This document shows positions 47,392 through 57,106 of a stretch of DNA of 64,000 bases, piece by piece (within the stretch, counting starts at the first letter, position 1; every line of letters begins with the position of its first letter). The notes beneath the pieces were generated by a model. It had not been told where the DNA came from. It searched no databases and was given only the letters and a program-made list of their open reading frames with translations. The translations under genes were made by a program, and so were the position numbers. The stretch is from positions 186,001-250,000 of the IMG/VR virus record IMGVR_UViG_3300028666_000022. One strand, given 5' to 3'.

Positions 47392-49914
47392 TTAACCATT
47401 TCCAGTTAATCCAGCTTTACCGTCATAATTTTTATTTCTAATATATGCACCTGTTTTAGTAGCCTCATGAAATTTATAACCATCTATATTCATAGTTATA
47501 TTAGAAACAACAGCAACTTGTTTATCAGTAAATTCAACTTTTACTCCATTTTTTAATAATTTAGATATTTCAGCAAATATACTTCCTCCTTTTGTATTCA
47601 TATTAGAAATTGATTCAACTGCATTTTTTACTGCAATAAAATCTTCTTTACTACCAGACATAACAGTATTTATTTGTTTAAAAGCATCACCTACTCTAGC
47701 TATAGCATCTGCATGTCCAGCAATTGTTTTCATTGTACCAGCAAATACTAATAATCCTAAACCTCCTGTTGTAAATAATGCCATACTACCAGCTAATGTT
47801 GCAATTCCAGCACCTAAACTTAACATAGATGCACCTGCTCCTTTACCAGCAGTAACCAGTTTTGAGAGCCCATCACCCATATATCCAATACCTGCAGCAG
47901 CAACTCCAATACCTCCACCTACCATTAAAACAGCAGCACCTAAAGCAAGTAATCCTACAGCACCAGCAGTGGCAGAACCAGCAACTAAAGCAATTCCAAT
48001 AGCAGCAGCAGGAAATGTAATTGCTAATGTAGTTGCAATTGATTTTAATGTATCTGCTTGTTTATCAGTTAATTTACTCATTGAATCAGCCAATTTACTT
48101 AATCCAACAGCAGCAATAGCTATACCACCACCAACACCTGCAGCAGCAGCACCTACCCCAACACCCATACCAAGTGCTTTTAAGCCTTGTCCTTTAGCTA
48201 AAGCACCACCAGCATTCATTTTATTTACTTGACCAACATCAAATGCTCTTTGAGCACCCTGATTAAGAGGAAGACCATTTTTACCTATTGTTGGAGTAGC
48301 ACCACCAAAACCGGGTAATTTACCAACTAAAGAACCAGCAACTTTATTTAAAATCATTCCACTGGCTTTAAATGCTACACTAGCAGCCATAAATGTAGCA
48401 GCAACTTTAAGCCAAGCAGGTGCTATTTGTGGTCCAGTTAAAAATTTAATAATACCTTCAGCATAGGGTCTAACAGAAACCATTACTTTATTTATACCTT
48501 GTAATATTGGTAATAATCCAGTTTTTAGTTCAGCAATACTTGCTTTAAATGCACTCTCTAAATCCTGTGCTGCTTTTGCCCTATCTTCTAAACTTACACT
48601 TTGTTTTGCAAATGCTTCTGCTTCTGTTTTAGTTAGAGATGAAATATCTCTCATTTGACCACCAAGTTCTACTTGAAATTTACTACTTTTACTGTTAAAA
48701 ATAGCAGCTCCTTTAATAAGTTCTTTTTCACGTCCAGTTAAACCAGTTCCAGATAATTCTGAATTCATTTTATCTAGTTCTGCTCTTCTTTGTGCAATTT
48801 GTGTTAACTCACTAGCTTGCATTCCTAATGATTTAGCAACTGCAGCAAGTCTATCTCTATCAGCAGGACTAATAAATTTTTCAAAAGTTCCATCGGCCAT
48901 TTTTCTAAATGAAACAACACCTTTGGTCATATCTGAAATTTTTTCAGTGAATTTAGCTGGATCATTACGACTTAAAAATAACATTTCAAATGGATCTGTT
49001 TTTGCAAATTCACCACCCATGACTTGTAATTGTGCAGCTAAATCAATAGCACCTTCAAGACTTTTAGCAATGTCAGCAGCATTAAGTGCATCAGTCATAC
49101 TAACTTTTAATTTTTCTCCACTTGCTGCCATTTGAGCAATACCTTTTGCTCCAGATTGAAAAGTATATGTATTTAATCTTTTAAAATTATCATTAACATT
49201 TTTTAATACCTTAGTAGTATTAACACCCATTCTTTCAGTAGTATCAACAATACCTTGAACAAAATTCATTGTTGATTTAGCATCTAAACCAATTAATTCA
49301 AATTGAGATCCTAATCTTGTTGCTTGTTCAATTCCTAATCCAGTTCCTTTACCAATAGCTGCAATATCTTTAACCATTTCTGCAGATAAAACCCTAGCTC
49401 TTCCAGTTTCATCAGCAAAACCTTGCATTACTGTTTGTATGTCTTCAATATTACCACCTAAACTAGCTACAAATCCAGCAGACTGTTCAAATGAATTTCT
49501 CATTAATTCTGCTTTTGTACCTGACATTCCAAGACTAAGAATTGTTTGACGAATAATTTTGTCAGACTGCATTAAATATTGAAAACCAGATTTTAATTGA
49601 GAATTAAAGCTAGTAAGTGTAGAATTTATTGTTTTTCTTAATTTCTGTTCATCAGTTAATTTATTATTAATACCACCTTGACTTTTCTCAATATCAGATA
49701 ACAACTTTTTTTCATCTTCGGTTAATTTACTACCTTTAGATTTTAAATCATTTATTAATTTTTGATTATTTAAATTAATTTCTTCTTGTTTTGCTCTGGC
49801 CGAACCTAAATCATTAATACTTAAAGATAAATCTCTCTGTGCTTTTAAAGCATCATTTTGTTGTTGTATTAATCTTATATTGTCTGAAAAATTTTTTTTA
49901 TCATCAGCAGCCAT
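47392..49914 (-). CDS. Tail tape measure protein
   Basis: 840 aa, helical Ala/Gly-rich with hydrophobic segments, directly downstream of a frameshifted chaperone. Confidence 0.8.
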   Translation of the reverse strand: MAADDKKNFSDNIRLIQQQNDALKAQRDLSLSINDLGSARAKQEEINLNNQKLINDLKSKGSKLTEDEKKLLSDIEKSQGGINNKLTDEQKLRKTINSTLTSFNSQLKSGFQYLMQSDKIIRQTILSLGMSGTKAELMRNSFEQSAGFVASLGGNIEDIQTVMQGFADETGRARVLSAEMVKDIAAIGKGTGLGIEQATRLGSQFELIGLDAKSTMNFVQGIVDTTERMGVNTTKVLKNVNDNFKRLNTYTFQSGAKGIAQMAASGEKLKVSMTDALNAADIAKSLEGAIDLAAQLQVMGGEFAKTDPFEMLFLSRNDPAKFTEKISDMTKGVVSFRKMADGTFEKFISPADRDRLAAVAKSLGMQASELTQIAQRRAELDKMNSELSGTGLTGREKELIKGAAIFNSKSSKFQVELGGQMRDISSLTKTEAEAFAKQSVSLEDRAKAAQDLESAFKASIAELKTGLLPILQGINKVMVSVRPYAEGIIKFLTGPQIAPAWLKVAATFMAASVAFKASGMILNKVAGSLVGKLPGFGGATPTIGKNGLPLNQGAQRAFDVGQVNKMNAGGALAKGQGLKALGMGVGVGAAAAGVGGGIAIAAVGLSKLADSMSKLTDKQADTLKSIATTLAITFPAAAIGIALVAGSATAGAVGLLALGAAVLMVGGGIGVAAAGIGYMGDGLSKLVTAGKGAGASMLSLGAGIATLAGSMALFTTGGLGLLVFAGTMKTIAGHADAIARVGDAFKQINTVMSGSKEDFIAVKNAVESISNMNTKGGSIFAEISKLLKNGVKVEFTDKQVAVVSNITMNIDGYKFHEATKTGAYIRNKNYDGKAGLTGNG

Positions 49915-49929
49915 TAGAATAGTATTTTA

Positions 49930-49938
49930 TATAAATAC
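49930..49938 (-). promoter_or_regulatory. Candidate late promoter GTATTTATA
   Basis: 15 nt upstream of ATG 49914. Confidence 0.55.
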
Positions 49939-49949
49939 AAAAAATAAAA

Positions 49950-49974
49950 AAATCGAGATTTAATGTCTCGATTT
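49950..49974 (-). terminator. Hairpin overlapping the stop of the chaperone frameshift product
   Basis: AAATCGAGA-tttaatg-TCTCGATTT with a downstream T-run on the minus strand. Confidence 0.6.
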
Positions 49975-50166
49975 ACTATTCGCTTGATCTTGTAATCTTT
50001 CTATTTCATCATTTTCTTTTTGTAATAAATGAAGAAAATATCGTCTTTTATAAATAGGAATATTTTCTATATAATCTGCTTGAAATTTTGCATGTTTAGT
50101 TAAAATATAAATTTCTTCCTGAACCATACGTTTATAAGATTCTACTAGTTCGAGGGGAAAAAAAAA
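49960..50166 (-). CDS. -1 frameshift extension of the tail assembly chaperone (G/GT-like)
   Basis: Slippery T9-C4 run at 50154-50166; the -1 frame reads PLELVESYKRMVQEEIYILTKHAKFQADYIENIPIYKRRYFLHLLQKENDEIERLQDQANSKSRH*. Confidence 0.7.
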   Translation of the reverse strand, partial: FFFPLELVESYKRMVQEEIYILTKHAKFQADYIENIPIYKRRYFLHLLQKENDEIERLQDQANSKSRH

Positions 50167-51077
50167 TCCACACCTACGCTCAAAGTAGCATTAAATTTAT
50201 AACCATCTTTAGCTGTAAATTCATAATTCATATCTACATCAGGACTAACTTCTAATATTTTTTTACGAATAGTATATGCATCGAGTGCTGGCATAGCATC
50301 AACAAATTTATCAATATAAGCTCTTTCTGTTTTTTCATTAATTGCAACAATATGTGCTTTTAATTTTAATGTATTATATTGACTAACATCTTCATTATAA
50401 GCTTCTTTAATTGCTTCTGCTTTTTTAAAAATTTGATTTTCATCACCTGAACTAAGTAATCTAAATACAACTGTTTTTTTACGCATAGGTAACTCAACAA
50501 CGAAATTTCCATCTTCATTTGGAAGTTCAACTAATGTCTTATATTTTAATTTTAATAAATTAACAGTGGTTTTAAATGGAATACCACTTCTAGGATCAGT
50601 TACTTGTACAGTATAATCTGAACCATAACTTGAAGTACGAAGAAATAAAATAATTGCATTTCTATCACCAGCTAACAAATGTTCAGGATTAACTCCACTG
50701 GTTTTAATTTTTCTTTTTAATAATAAATCTAAAACACTACCATTTTCAATTAATGAAGGGGTTGTTAATAAATCTTCATCTTTAGATGTCATATATTCAA
50801 CATTTACTTCAGAAATGTGATTAGCATCGAATAAACCTTTTGATGGTAATTTAATTAATTCATAAGAAGTCATTAAATCAGGATCAGTTTCTTTTGACAT
50901 TGTTTTCTCAAAATCTTGAGGATTAAAAGGTTTGGCTCTTGGTACTGAATCAGTAATTACTTTATTATTGTTTGGTAATGAATCAATATTATCTGATGTA
51001 TTATTAGTACTTTCTTTATATTTTTTTAAAACATCAGAAATGTTTTCTTTTTTTGGTTGATTCAAATTTTCTTTCAT
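50145..51077 (-). CDS. Tail/baseplate assembly chaperone (T4 gp26-like)
   Basis: IKLPSKG, YMTSKDEDLL, GDRNAIILFLR...YG, PDVDM, ends VGVDFFFPSN; upstream of tape measure. Confidence 0.75.
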   Translation of the reverse strand: MKENLNQPKKENISDVLKKYKESTNNTSDNIDSLPNNNKVITDSVPRAKPFNPQDFEKTMSKETDPDLMTSYELIKLPSKGLFDANHISEVNVEYMTSKDEDLLTTPSLIENGSVLDLLLKRKIKTSGVNPEHLLAGDRNAIILFLRTSSYGSDYTVQVTDPRSGIPFKTTVNLLKLKYKTLVELPNEDGNFVVELPMRKKTVVFRLLSSGDENQIFKKAEAIKEAYNEDVSQYNTLKLKAHIVAINEKTERAYIDKFVDAMPALDAYTIRKKILEVSPDVDMNYEFTAKDGYKFNATLSVGVDFFFPSN

Positions 51078-51108
51078 TTTATAAAATTTTATATTTTATT
51101 ATTGTTTT

Positions 51109-51117
51109 TATAAATAC
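51109..51117 (-). promoter_or_regulatory. Candidate late promoter GTATTTATA
   Basis: 31 nt upstream of ATG 51077, in the divergent intergenic region. Confidence 0.5.
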
Positions 51118-51253
51118 AAGCATTTTAAAAAATTTATAAAATAATATAAAAATAATTCAAGATTATTTAAAATTTTACGTATTAGTAGTTAAAGTAAAAC
51201 TTTAAGTAGAATAAAAGAATTAATTTAAATAATAATTGTATTTCATTGATTAA

Positions 51254-51379
51254 ATGAAAACTAAAATGAAACAAAATAGTGTTGATTCTAAAAAAGAAGA
51301 AAAAATTTTAGAAGTAGAAAATAAAAATTCTAATAAAGATGATCTATTAGAATTGGATGGAGAAATAACAGCATTATAA
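51254..51379 (+). CDS. Small hypothetical protein (41 aa)
   Basis: Hand translation MKTKMKQNSVDSKKEEKILEVENKNSNKDDLLELDGEITAL. Confidence 0.35.
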   Translation: MKTKMKQNSVDSKKEEKILEVENKNSNKDDLLELDGEITAL

Positions 51380-51388
51380 TATTTTTAT

Positions 51389-51706
51389 ATGACTGAATCA
51401 AAAATATTAGTTATTTATATTGGTGTTGCTGGAATAAGATCTGAAGACATTTCAGATTATGTTAATAAAATTTATAAAACAATTTGTCCACCAACATTTT
51501 CTGGCTCGATTGTAGTTATTCCAATTCAAGAATTGAATACTAGAATTGAGTGTATTAATCCTAAATATATTACGAACGAAGAATTAATAAAAGAACATAC
51601 AGAATTAATGACTAATTTACAAAAAGAATTAAAATTTCAATTAGAACAACTAAAAGAAAATAATAAGATTAAACAAAATAAGAAAAAGAAGAATGAAAAT
51701 AAATAA
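51389..51706 (+). CDS. Hypothetical protein
   Basis: 105 aa, ILVIYIGV...TRIECINP. Confidence 0.6.
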   Translation: MTESKILVIYIGVAGIRSEDISDYVNKIYKTICPPTFSGSIVVIPIQELNTRIECINPKYITNEELIKEHTELMTNLQKELKFQLEQLKENNKIKQNKKKKNENK

Positions 51707-52493
51707 TATAATAAATTCATTTAAAAATAAATTTCAAACAAAACTAAATCTTAATTCTAAATTAAAAATAGGAATTGATATAAATGAAGTTCTACGAGCA
51801 CGTTGGCTACAAATGGATAAATATTACTATTCTGAATTTCAAAATGAATTATTAAGTCCAGATCAACCTTATGTTTATGACTTTTTTAAATACTATAAGT
51901 GGGAAGATACTGTTGAAAATAGTAAAGTATTACGTGAGCCGGGAGAATTACCTGAAGATATTAATCCTATTGATTATCAAGTAGATCCAATTACTGGTGA
52001 AGCTCCTGTTGATTTTCTTTTATTTAAAAAAGATGAGGAAAAAAAATTAACTGCTAAAGAAGTTTATAATAGGTTCATGTATGAAGATTTTGTATTTGAA
52101 ATATTTGGTACTGCACCTATTATGTATAAAGGAATGGATTTACATGTTAAAAATTTTTATGAAAAATATAAAAATACTGTTGAATTTATTCTCATCTCAA
52201 AAGAAAATGAATTTAGTATACCATCAACACTTATGTTTTTAAGCAGAATGATGAGTAGATTTACTAAATATAAATTTATTAAGACCGATGATGAAATATG
52301 GTCAGATGTTGATATTTTAATAACTACAGATCCTGATATTATTGATTCTAATTTACCTAAAGGAAAAAAAATAATTAAATTAGATAGGCCATATAATATG
52401 AAATGTAAAAAAACTGGTTTAATTAAAGATTTAATTCACATAAACGATTTATTTGATAATGAAGATTTTAAAAAAATAATTAAATATGAGTAA
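51693..52493 (+). CDS. HAD-superfamily 5'(3')-nucleotidase-like protein
   Basis: KIGIDINEVLR (degenerate DxD motif), DILIT, RPYN. Confidence 0.55.
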   Translation: MKINNIINSFKNKFQTKLNLNSKLKIGIDINEVLRARWLQMDKYYYSEFQNELLSPDQPYVYDFFKYYKWEDTVENSKVLREPGELPEDINPIDYQVDPITGEAPVDFLLFKKDEEKKLTAKEVYNRFMYEDFVFEIFGTAPIMYKGMDLHVKNFYEKYKNTVEFILISKENEFSIPSTLMFLSRMMSRFTKYKFIKTDDEIWSDVDILITTDPDIIDSNLPKGKKIIKLDRPYNMKCKKTGLIKDLIHINDLFDNEDFKKIIKYE

Positions 52494-52830
52494 TATTAAA
52501 TATAAATTTGAAATAAACGATACTGTTTATTATATTGAAACAACACCAAATCCACATAAAGAAATATGTGAAATGTGTTTAAGTGAAGGATTTCTTTTAA
52601 GAAAAGACAATAGTAGTATTATTTGTCCAAAATGTGAAGGTAAAAAAATGTTTTTTAATTCTGGTTCAATAAAACAAATAATTAAAGAAGATAATGTTAG
52701 AAACATAACAATTAAAATAAATGAAAAAAATATCATTGCTAAATATTATTTAAGAAACAATAATAAAAAATTTTATGAAGATGAATTATTTTTAACAGAA
52801 AATGAAGCAGAAAATAATAAATTAAAATAG
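52486..52830 (+). CDS. Small protein with CxxC-CxxC zinc finger
   Basis: CEMCLSEG...CPKCEGK. Confidence 0.55.
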   Translation: MSNIKYKFEINDTVYYIETTPNPHKEICEMCLSEGFLLRKDNSSIICPKCEGKKMFFNSGSIKQIIKEDNVRNITIKINEKNIIAKYYLRNNNKKFYEDELFLTENEAENNKLK

Positions 52831-52874
52831 TTAAAATGAATAAAAAATAATAAAATATAAAAATAATAATTAAT

Positions 52875-54020
52875 ATGAGCGAAGAATTAATGAATAACGA
52901 AGTACAAAAGGCTGATTCAGAAAAATTAGAAAAAATTAAACTTTCTTTAGATAAAATATCTAATAAAAAATCAAAATTTCTTTTCTGTGTTCCTGAATCA
53001 CAAAATCCTAATGCAAGTGTATATGAAATTTATTTTCATGCTACAGTTGTAAAAAATATGGGTTATGAAGTACTCATTTTAGTAGAAAAGGGTGATTATG
53101 TAATACCTACTTGGGTTGAACAAGAATTAACAGATTTTAAACATATTCCAATGGCCGATCCTAAATTAACTGTTGGACCAGAAGATGTGATGATTATTCC
53201 AGAAGTATATTCAAATATTATGGAACAAACAAAAAATCTTCCATGTATACGAGTTGGTTTATTACAATCTGTTGATTATATGTTAAATGGGCTAATACCG
53301 GGAACAGATTGGAAATCATTTGGAATAGATAATATTATAACAACATCACAGACAATAAAAGAATGGATTGAAACATATTATAGTAAAAATAAATTTAATA
53401 TTATTACTTATGATATTGGTATACCAGAATATTTTGAAAAATCAACAGTTCCACAAAAACCAATAATTTCAGTTGTTGGTAGAAATGCAAATGAAATATC
53501 TAAACTAGTTAAATTATTTTTTAGTAGATATCCTCAATATAGTTGGGTAACATTTGATCCAATGCTTACTAAGAGTAAACCACCTCAACAAATGAGAAGA
53601 GTTGATTTTGCTAAAAGATTGGCTGGAAATTTTGCTGCTGTTTGGGTAGATAGAATAGCTTCTCTAGGTACATTTCCATTAGAATGTATGAAATCTGGTG
53701 TAATTCCAATTTGTTTAAAACCAGATATTATGCCAGAATATTTACTTGAAAGAGGTGAAAATTCTGAAGATGTTAAAGTAGTTGATGGTGCAGGTGTTTG
53801 GACAAGTAATTATTATGATATACCTGTTTTAGTTGGTGAAGTACTAATAAAATATCTTGATGATGCAATTATGCCTGAATTGTATGCTTCAATGGATAAA
53901 ATAGTTGAAAAATATACTCAAGAAAATTCAGAAAAACAATTAGTTAATATATATCAAGGTTTAGTTGATACTAGAATTGCTTTATTTAAAGCAGCAATTG
54001 AACCAACAGAAAATAAATAA
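52875..54020 (+). CDS. Putative glycosyltransferase (GT-B/GT4-like)
   Basis: IIPE, WVDRIASLGTFPLECMKSG (Ex7E-like). Confidence 0.65.
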   Translation: MSEELMNNEVQKADSEKLEKIKLSLDKISNKKSKFLFCVPESQNPNASVYEIYFHATVVKNMGYEVLILVEKGDYVIPTWVEQELTDFKHIPMADPKLTVGPEDVMIIPEVYSNIMEQTKNLPCIRVGLLQSVDYMLNGLIPGTDWKSFGIDNIITTSQTIKEWIETYYSKNKFNIITYDIGIPEYFEKSTVPQKPIISVVGRNANEISKLVKLFFSRYPQYSWVTFDPMLTKSKPPQQMRRVDFAKRLAGNFAAVWVDRIASLGTFPLECMKSGVIPICLKPDIMPEYLLERGENSEDVKVVDGAGVWTSNYYDIPVLVGEVLIKYLDDAIMPELYASMDKIVEKYTQENSEKQLVNIYQGLVDTRIALFKAAIEPTENK

Positions 54021-54050
54021 GAATAAATATTATTAATAAAATATAAAGAA

Positions 54051-54869
54051 ATGAGTAAAGTCACAATTATAATACCAGTACATGAATATAATGATGTAGT
54101 ATCTAATTATTTAGATAGAGCTATAGAATCAATTCAAAAACAAGAGTTTATAGAAGAAAAACCTAGTGTAATTATAGTTTATCCAATTGATATTGATGTT
54201 CAAATTAAAGATAATGTTTCTAAATACGATGAAAATTTAAAAACAATATTAGTAAAGAATGAGGGTAAAACTGATTATCAATCTCAAGTTAATTTAGCTG
54301 TTGAATCAGTAGATACTGATTATTTTAGTGTTCTTGAATTTGATGATGAATATAGTACTACTTATTTTAGAAATGTAAATAAATATATTAATTCATATTC
54401 TGATATTGATATGTTTCTAACAATGATGATTGAAGTCAATGAAAAGAATGAAGGTATTAAATTAACTAATGAAACTGTTTGGGCACAACAATTTGTTGGT
54501 GAGAATGGTGAGATGGGTTATTTAAACGTAAACTCCTTGAAACAATATACAGACTTTAAATTATCTGGTGCTGTAATTAAAAAATCTGAATTTAAAAATA
54601 TTGGTGGGTTTAAATCAAATATTAAATTGACCTTTATGTATGAATTCTTACTCAGAGCATTAAATAATACTTGTAAAATATTTACTATACCAAAAATTGG
54701 CTATAAACATCTTGCGACCAGAGAAGGTAGTTTGTTTGATAATTATCTGAAGAATATGCCTGTAGATGAAAGGAAATTTTGGTTTGAAACAGCAAATAAA
54801 GAAGCTAATTTCATGAATGACAGAGTGATTGATATGACTAGATTGCAAAAAATAGTTGTTTCAGAATAA
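54051..54869 (+). CDS. Glycosyltransferase family 2
   Basis: VTIIIPVH, AIESI, LEFDD, IGGFK, YEFLLR. Confidence 0.75.
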   Translation: MSKVTIIIPVHEYNDVVSNYLDRAIESIQKQEFIEEKPSVIIVYPIDIDVQIKDNVSKYDENLKTILVKNEGKTDYQSQVNLAVESVDTDYFSVLEFDDEYSTTYFRNVNKYINSYSDIDMFLTMMIEVNEKNEGIKLTNETVWAQQFVGENGEMGYLNVNSLKQYTDFKLSGAVIKKSEFKNIGGFKSNIKLTFMYEFLLRALNNTCKIFTIPKIGYKHLATREGSLFDNYLKNMPVDERKFWFETANKEANFMNDRVIDMTRLQKIVVSE

Positions 54870-54897
54870 TAAATAATTTTATATAGAATTACTATGA

Positions 54898-55770
54898 ATG
54901 AGGAAAGTTGATCCAGAAAATGCACAATATTTTGCAGAAAGAGAAGAACGAGCTGTTTTTAATTATATAAATTCAGATTTATTAGAAGAAAAAAATAGAA
55001 TTTATAATGAGGTTCTAATTGAACCATTCAGAAAAATGATAGAGTCTATTTTAAGAAGGTATCCAATTCATATAGGTAATTATGAAATGTATGAGGTTGA
55101 AGCCAATGCTCTAACACATTTGATTGAACACATGATTAAATATAGACCGTTTATTATTGAACAAAGTAAAGATGAAATTAAATGGGTTAAATTAAATAAT
55201 AATTATAGATTTTGGTATGTTGAAGATGCTAACGAAAAATTAAATTTGTTAATTAGTGAAAATAATGGGTTTAGTTATAGAATTTTCAATTCCAGAGCTT
55301 ATAGTTATTGTCAAACAATCATCAGAAATTATTATAAAGATCATAGTAAAAAAAGTTATAATGAAAAAAAAATGATACTATCATTTGATGATTACGCAGA
55401 TGAAATTGAAGAAAGTGATGAATATGTATATGAAATTGAGAATGATGAACACAATCATTTAGATAAATTAATTAAGAATGTAATTGATAAAATAGAGGAA
55501 AAAATTAATAATGATCCTCTTATTAAAAGAAATGAATTTATTGTTGGAGATGCTATAATTAATGTTTTAAATAATTGGCATCTCCTTTTTATGGAAGATA
55601 CTCCAGACGGTAAATATAATAAAAGAATTACCAATAAATTTGCTAAAAATAAGATCTTATTATACTTAAAAGAACAAACTGGCTTATCAACAAAAGAAAT
55701 ACGATTAGCAATAAAACCCTTTAAAGACGTATATTTCATTGAAAAGATAGGTTATTGGAAAGAAGAATAA
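54898..55770 (+). CDS. Putative phage sigma factor (gp55-like late sigma)
   Basis: FRKMIESILRRY...RAYSYCQTIIRNYY resembles sigma region 2 of phage late sigmas; C-terminal HTH-like LKEQTGLSTKEIR. Confidence 0.5.
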   Translation: MRKVDPENAQYFAEREERAVFNYINSDLLEEKNRIYNEVLIEPFRKMIESILRRYPIHIGNYEMYEVEANALTHLIEHMIKYRPFIIEQSKDEIKWVKLNNNYRFWYVEDANEKLNLLISENNGFSYRIFNSRAYSYCQTIIRNYYKDHSKKSYNEKKMILSFDDYADEIEESDEYVYEIENDEHNHLDKLIKNVIDKIEEKINNDPLIKRNEFIVGDAIINVLNNWHLLFMEDTPDGKYNKRITNKFAKNKILLYLKEQTGLSTKEIRLAIKPFKDVYFIEKIGYWKEE

Positions 55771-55776
55771 AATATT

Positions 55777-56055
55777 ATGAAAGAAAGAAAAAATACGATT
55801 GATGATGTTCTTCTTAATTATATGAGAAGAAGTGGTAATACAATTAGGCAAATTGATGCTGCAATACAACTATTATATAATGGATATATTGTTGAAGTTA
55901 AAGATCATTGGGAAAATGGTAAAAATAAACGAGCAAATATTGGTTTATTTTTGAGTATTCTAAAGAGATTAGAATGTGAACATAATTTAAATGGTTTAAT
56001 TGAAGAAAATAAAATTCGAATAGATAGAAATAAATGTGAAATAGAATTGTTATAA
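55777..56055 (+). CDS. Hypothetical protein
   Basis: 92 aa. Confidence 0.55.
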   Translation: MKERKNTIDDVLLNYMRRSGNTIRQIDAAIQLLYNGYIVEVKDHWENGKNKRANIGLFLSILKRLECEHNLNGLIEENKIRIDRNKCEIELL

Positions 56056-56061
56056 ATTATT

Positions 56062-56427
56062 ATGAAAAAAGTAAAAGAAAATAAATCATCGATTGGTAAT
56101 ATATTAATTACAAAAGAATTGTTCATTGAAACAATGAATATGATTGAAAAACAAATGGAACATGATCATAAATGTAATAATGCTTTTAGTATAATTTTAC
56201 CTAACGATTATACTTCAGGTTATGATAGTCATTGGATTTTTAATCAATTACTTAAATTAATTAAATTAGCATTTAATGATGATAATAAAGATTCTTGGAT
56301 TGATTATTATATTTGGGATCTTGAATTTGGTGTAAAATATAGAGAAGGTAGTTGTACTAATGCCGATGGAAGTATTATTGATTTAAGTAATACTGAAAAT
56401 TTATATGAATTTTTAATTAAAAAATAA
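56062..56427 (+). CDS. Hypothetical protein
   Basis: 121 aa, WIDYYIWDLEFG...LYEFL. Confidence 0.6.
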   Translation: MKKVKENKSSIGNILITKELFIETMNMIEKQMEHDHKCNNAFSIILPNDYTSGYDSHWIFNQLLKLIKLAFNDDNKDSWIDYYIWDLEFGVKYREGSCTNADGSIIDLSNTENLYEFLIKK

Positions 56428-56451
56428 TTATAATAATTTATTGTAGTTAAA

Positions 56452-56460
56452 GTATTTATA
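56452..56460 (+). promoter_or_regulatory. Candidate late promoter GTATTTATA (plus strand)
   Basis: 15 nt upstream of ATG 56476; orientation flips with gene strand. Confidence 0.55.
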
Positions 56461-56475
56461 ATAAATTATATTGAA

Positions 56476-57081
56476 ATGAGAATATGTATAACGTGTAAAG
56501 AAAATAAAGAAGATTCTTGTTTTCATAAAGATAAAAGTAAACCAGATGGAATATATACTATATGTAAACAATGTTTAAAAAATAAATATCATACAGATGA
56601 ATTAAAAATTAAGAAAAGAGAATATGATAAACAATATAGAATAAAAAATAAAGAAATTTATGCTGAAAGACACAAAATATATCAAAAAAATTTATCATTA
56701 GAACAAAGAGCAAAATATAATCGTGAATATAGACATAGACATGCAGATAAATGGAAAAAATGGGACTTAGATTATAGAAATAAAAATAAATGTAAATTTG
56801 CATGGAGAGCAGTGTTACGTAATTTTTTTATACGTTTTGGAATAAAGAAAAATGGTTTAACATGTAATCTTTTAGATTATGATTTTGAAAAATTTAAACA
56901 AAGAATAGAATTTAATTTTAAAGAAGGTATGAGCTGGAATAATTATGGTGAATGGCACATTGATCATAAAAAACCAATATCTAAATTTAAAATAGATACA
57001 CCACCACACATAGTAAATGCATTATGTAATTTACAACCATTGTGGGCAAAAGATAATCTATCCAAAGGTAATAAATTTTAA
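56476..57081 (+). CDS. HNH homing endonuclease with N-terminal zinc finger
   Basis: CITC...CKQC; GMSWNNYGEWHIDHKKP...NLQPLWAKDNLSKGNK. Confidence 0.85.
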   Translation: MRICITCKENKEDSCFHKDKSKPDGIYTICKQCLKNKYHTDELKIKKREYDKQYRIKNKEIYAERHKIYQKNLSLEQRAKYNREYRHRHADKWKKWDLDYRNKNKCKFAWRAVLRNFFIRFGIKKNGLTCNLLDYDFEKFKQRIEFNFKEGMSWNNYGEWHIDHKKPISKFKIDTPPHIVNALCNLQPLWAKDNLSKGNKF

Positions 57082-57106
57082 ATAATAATATTAATAATTA
57101 AACCAA

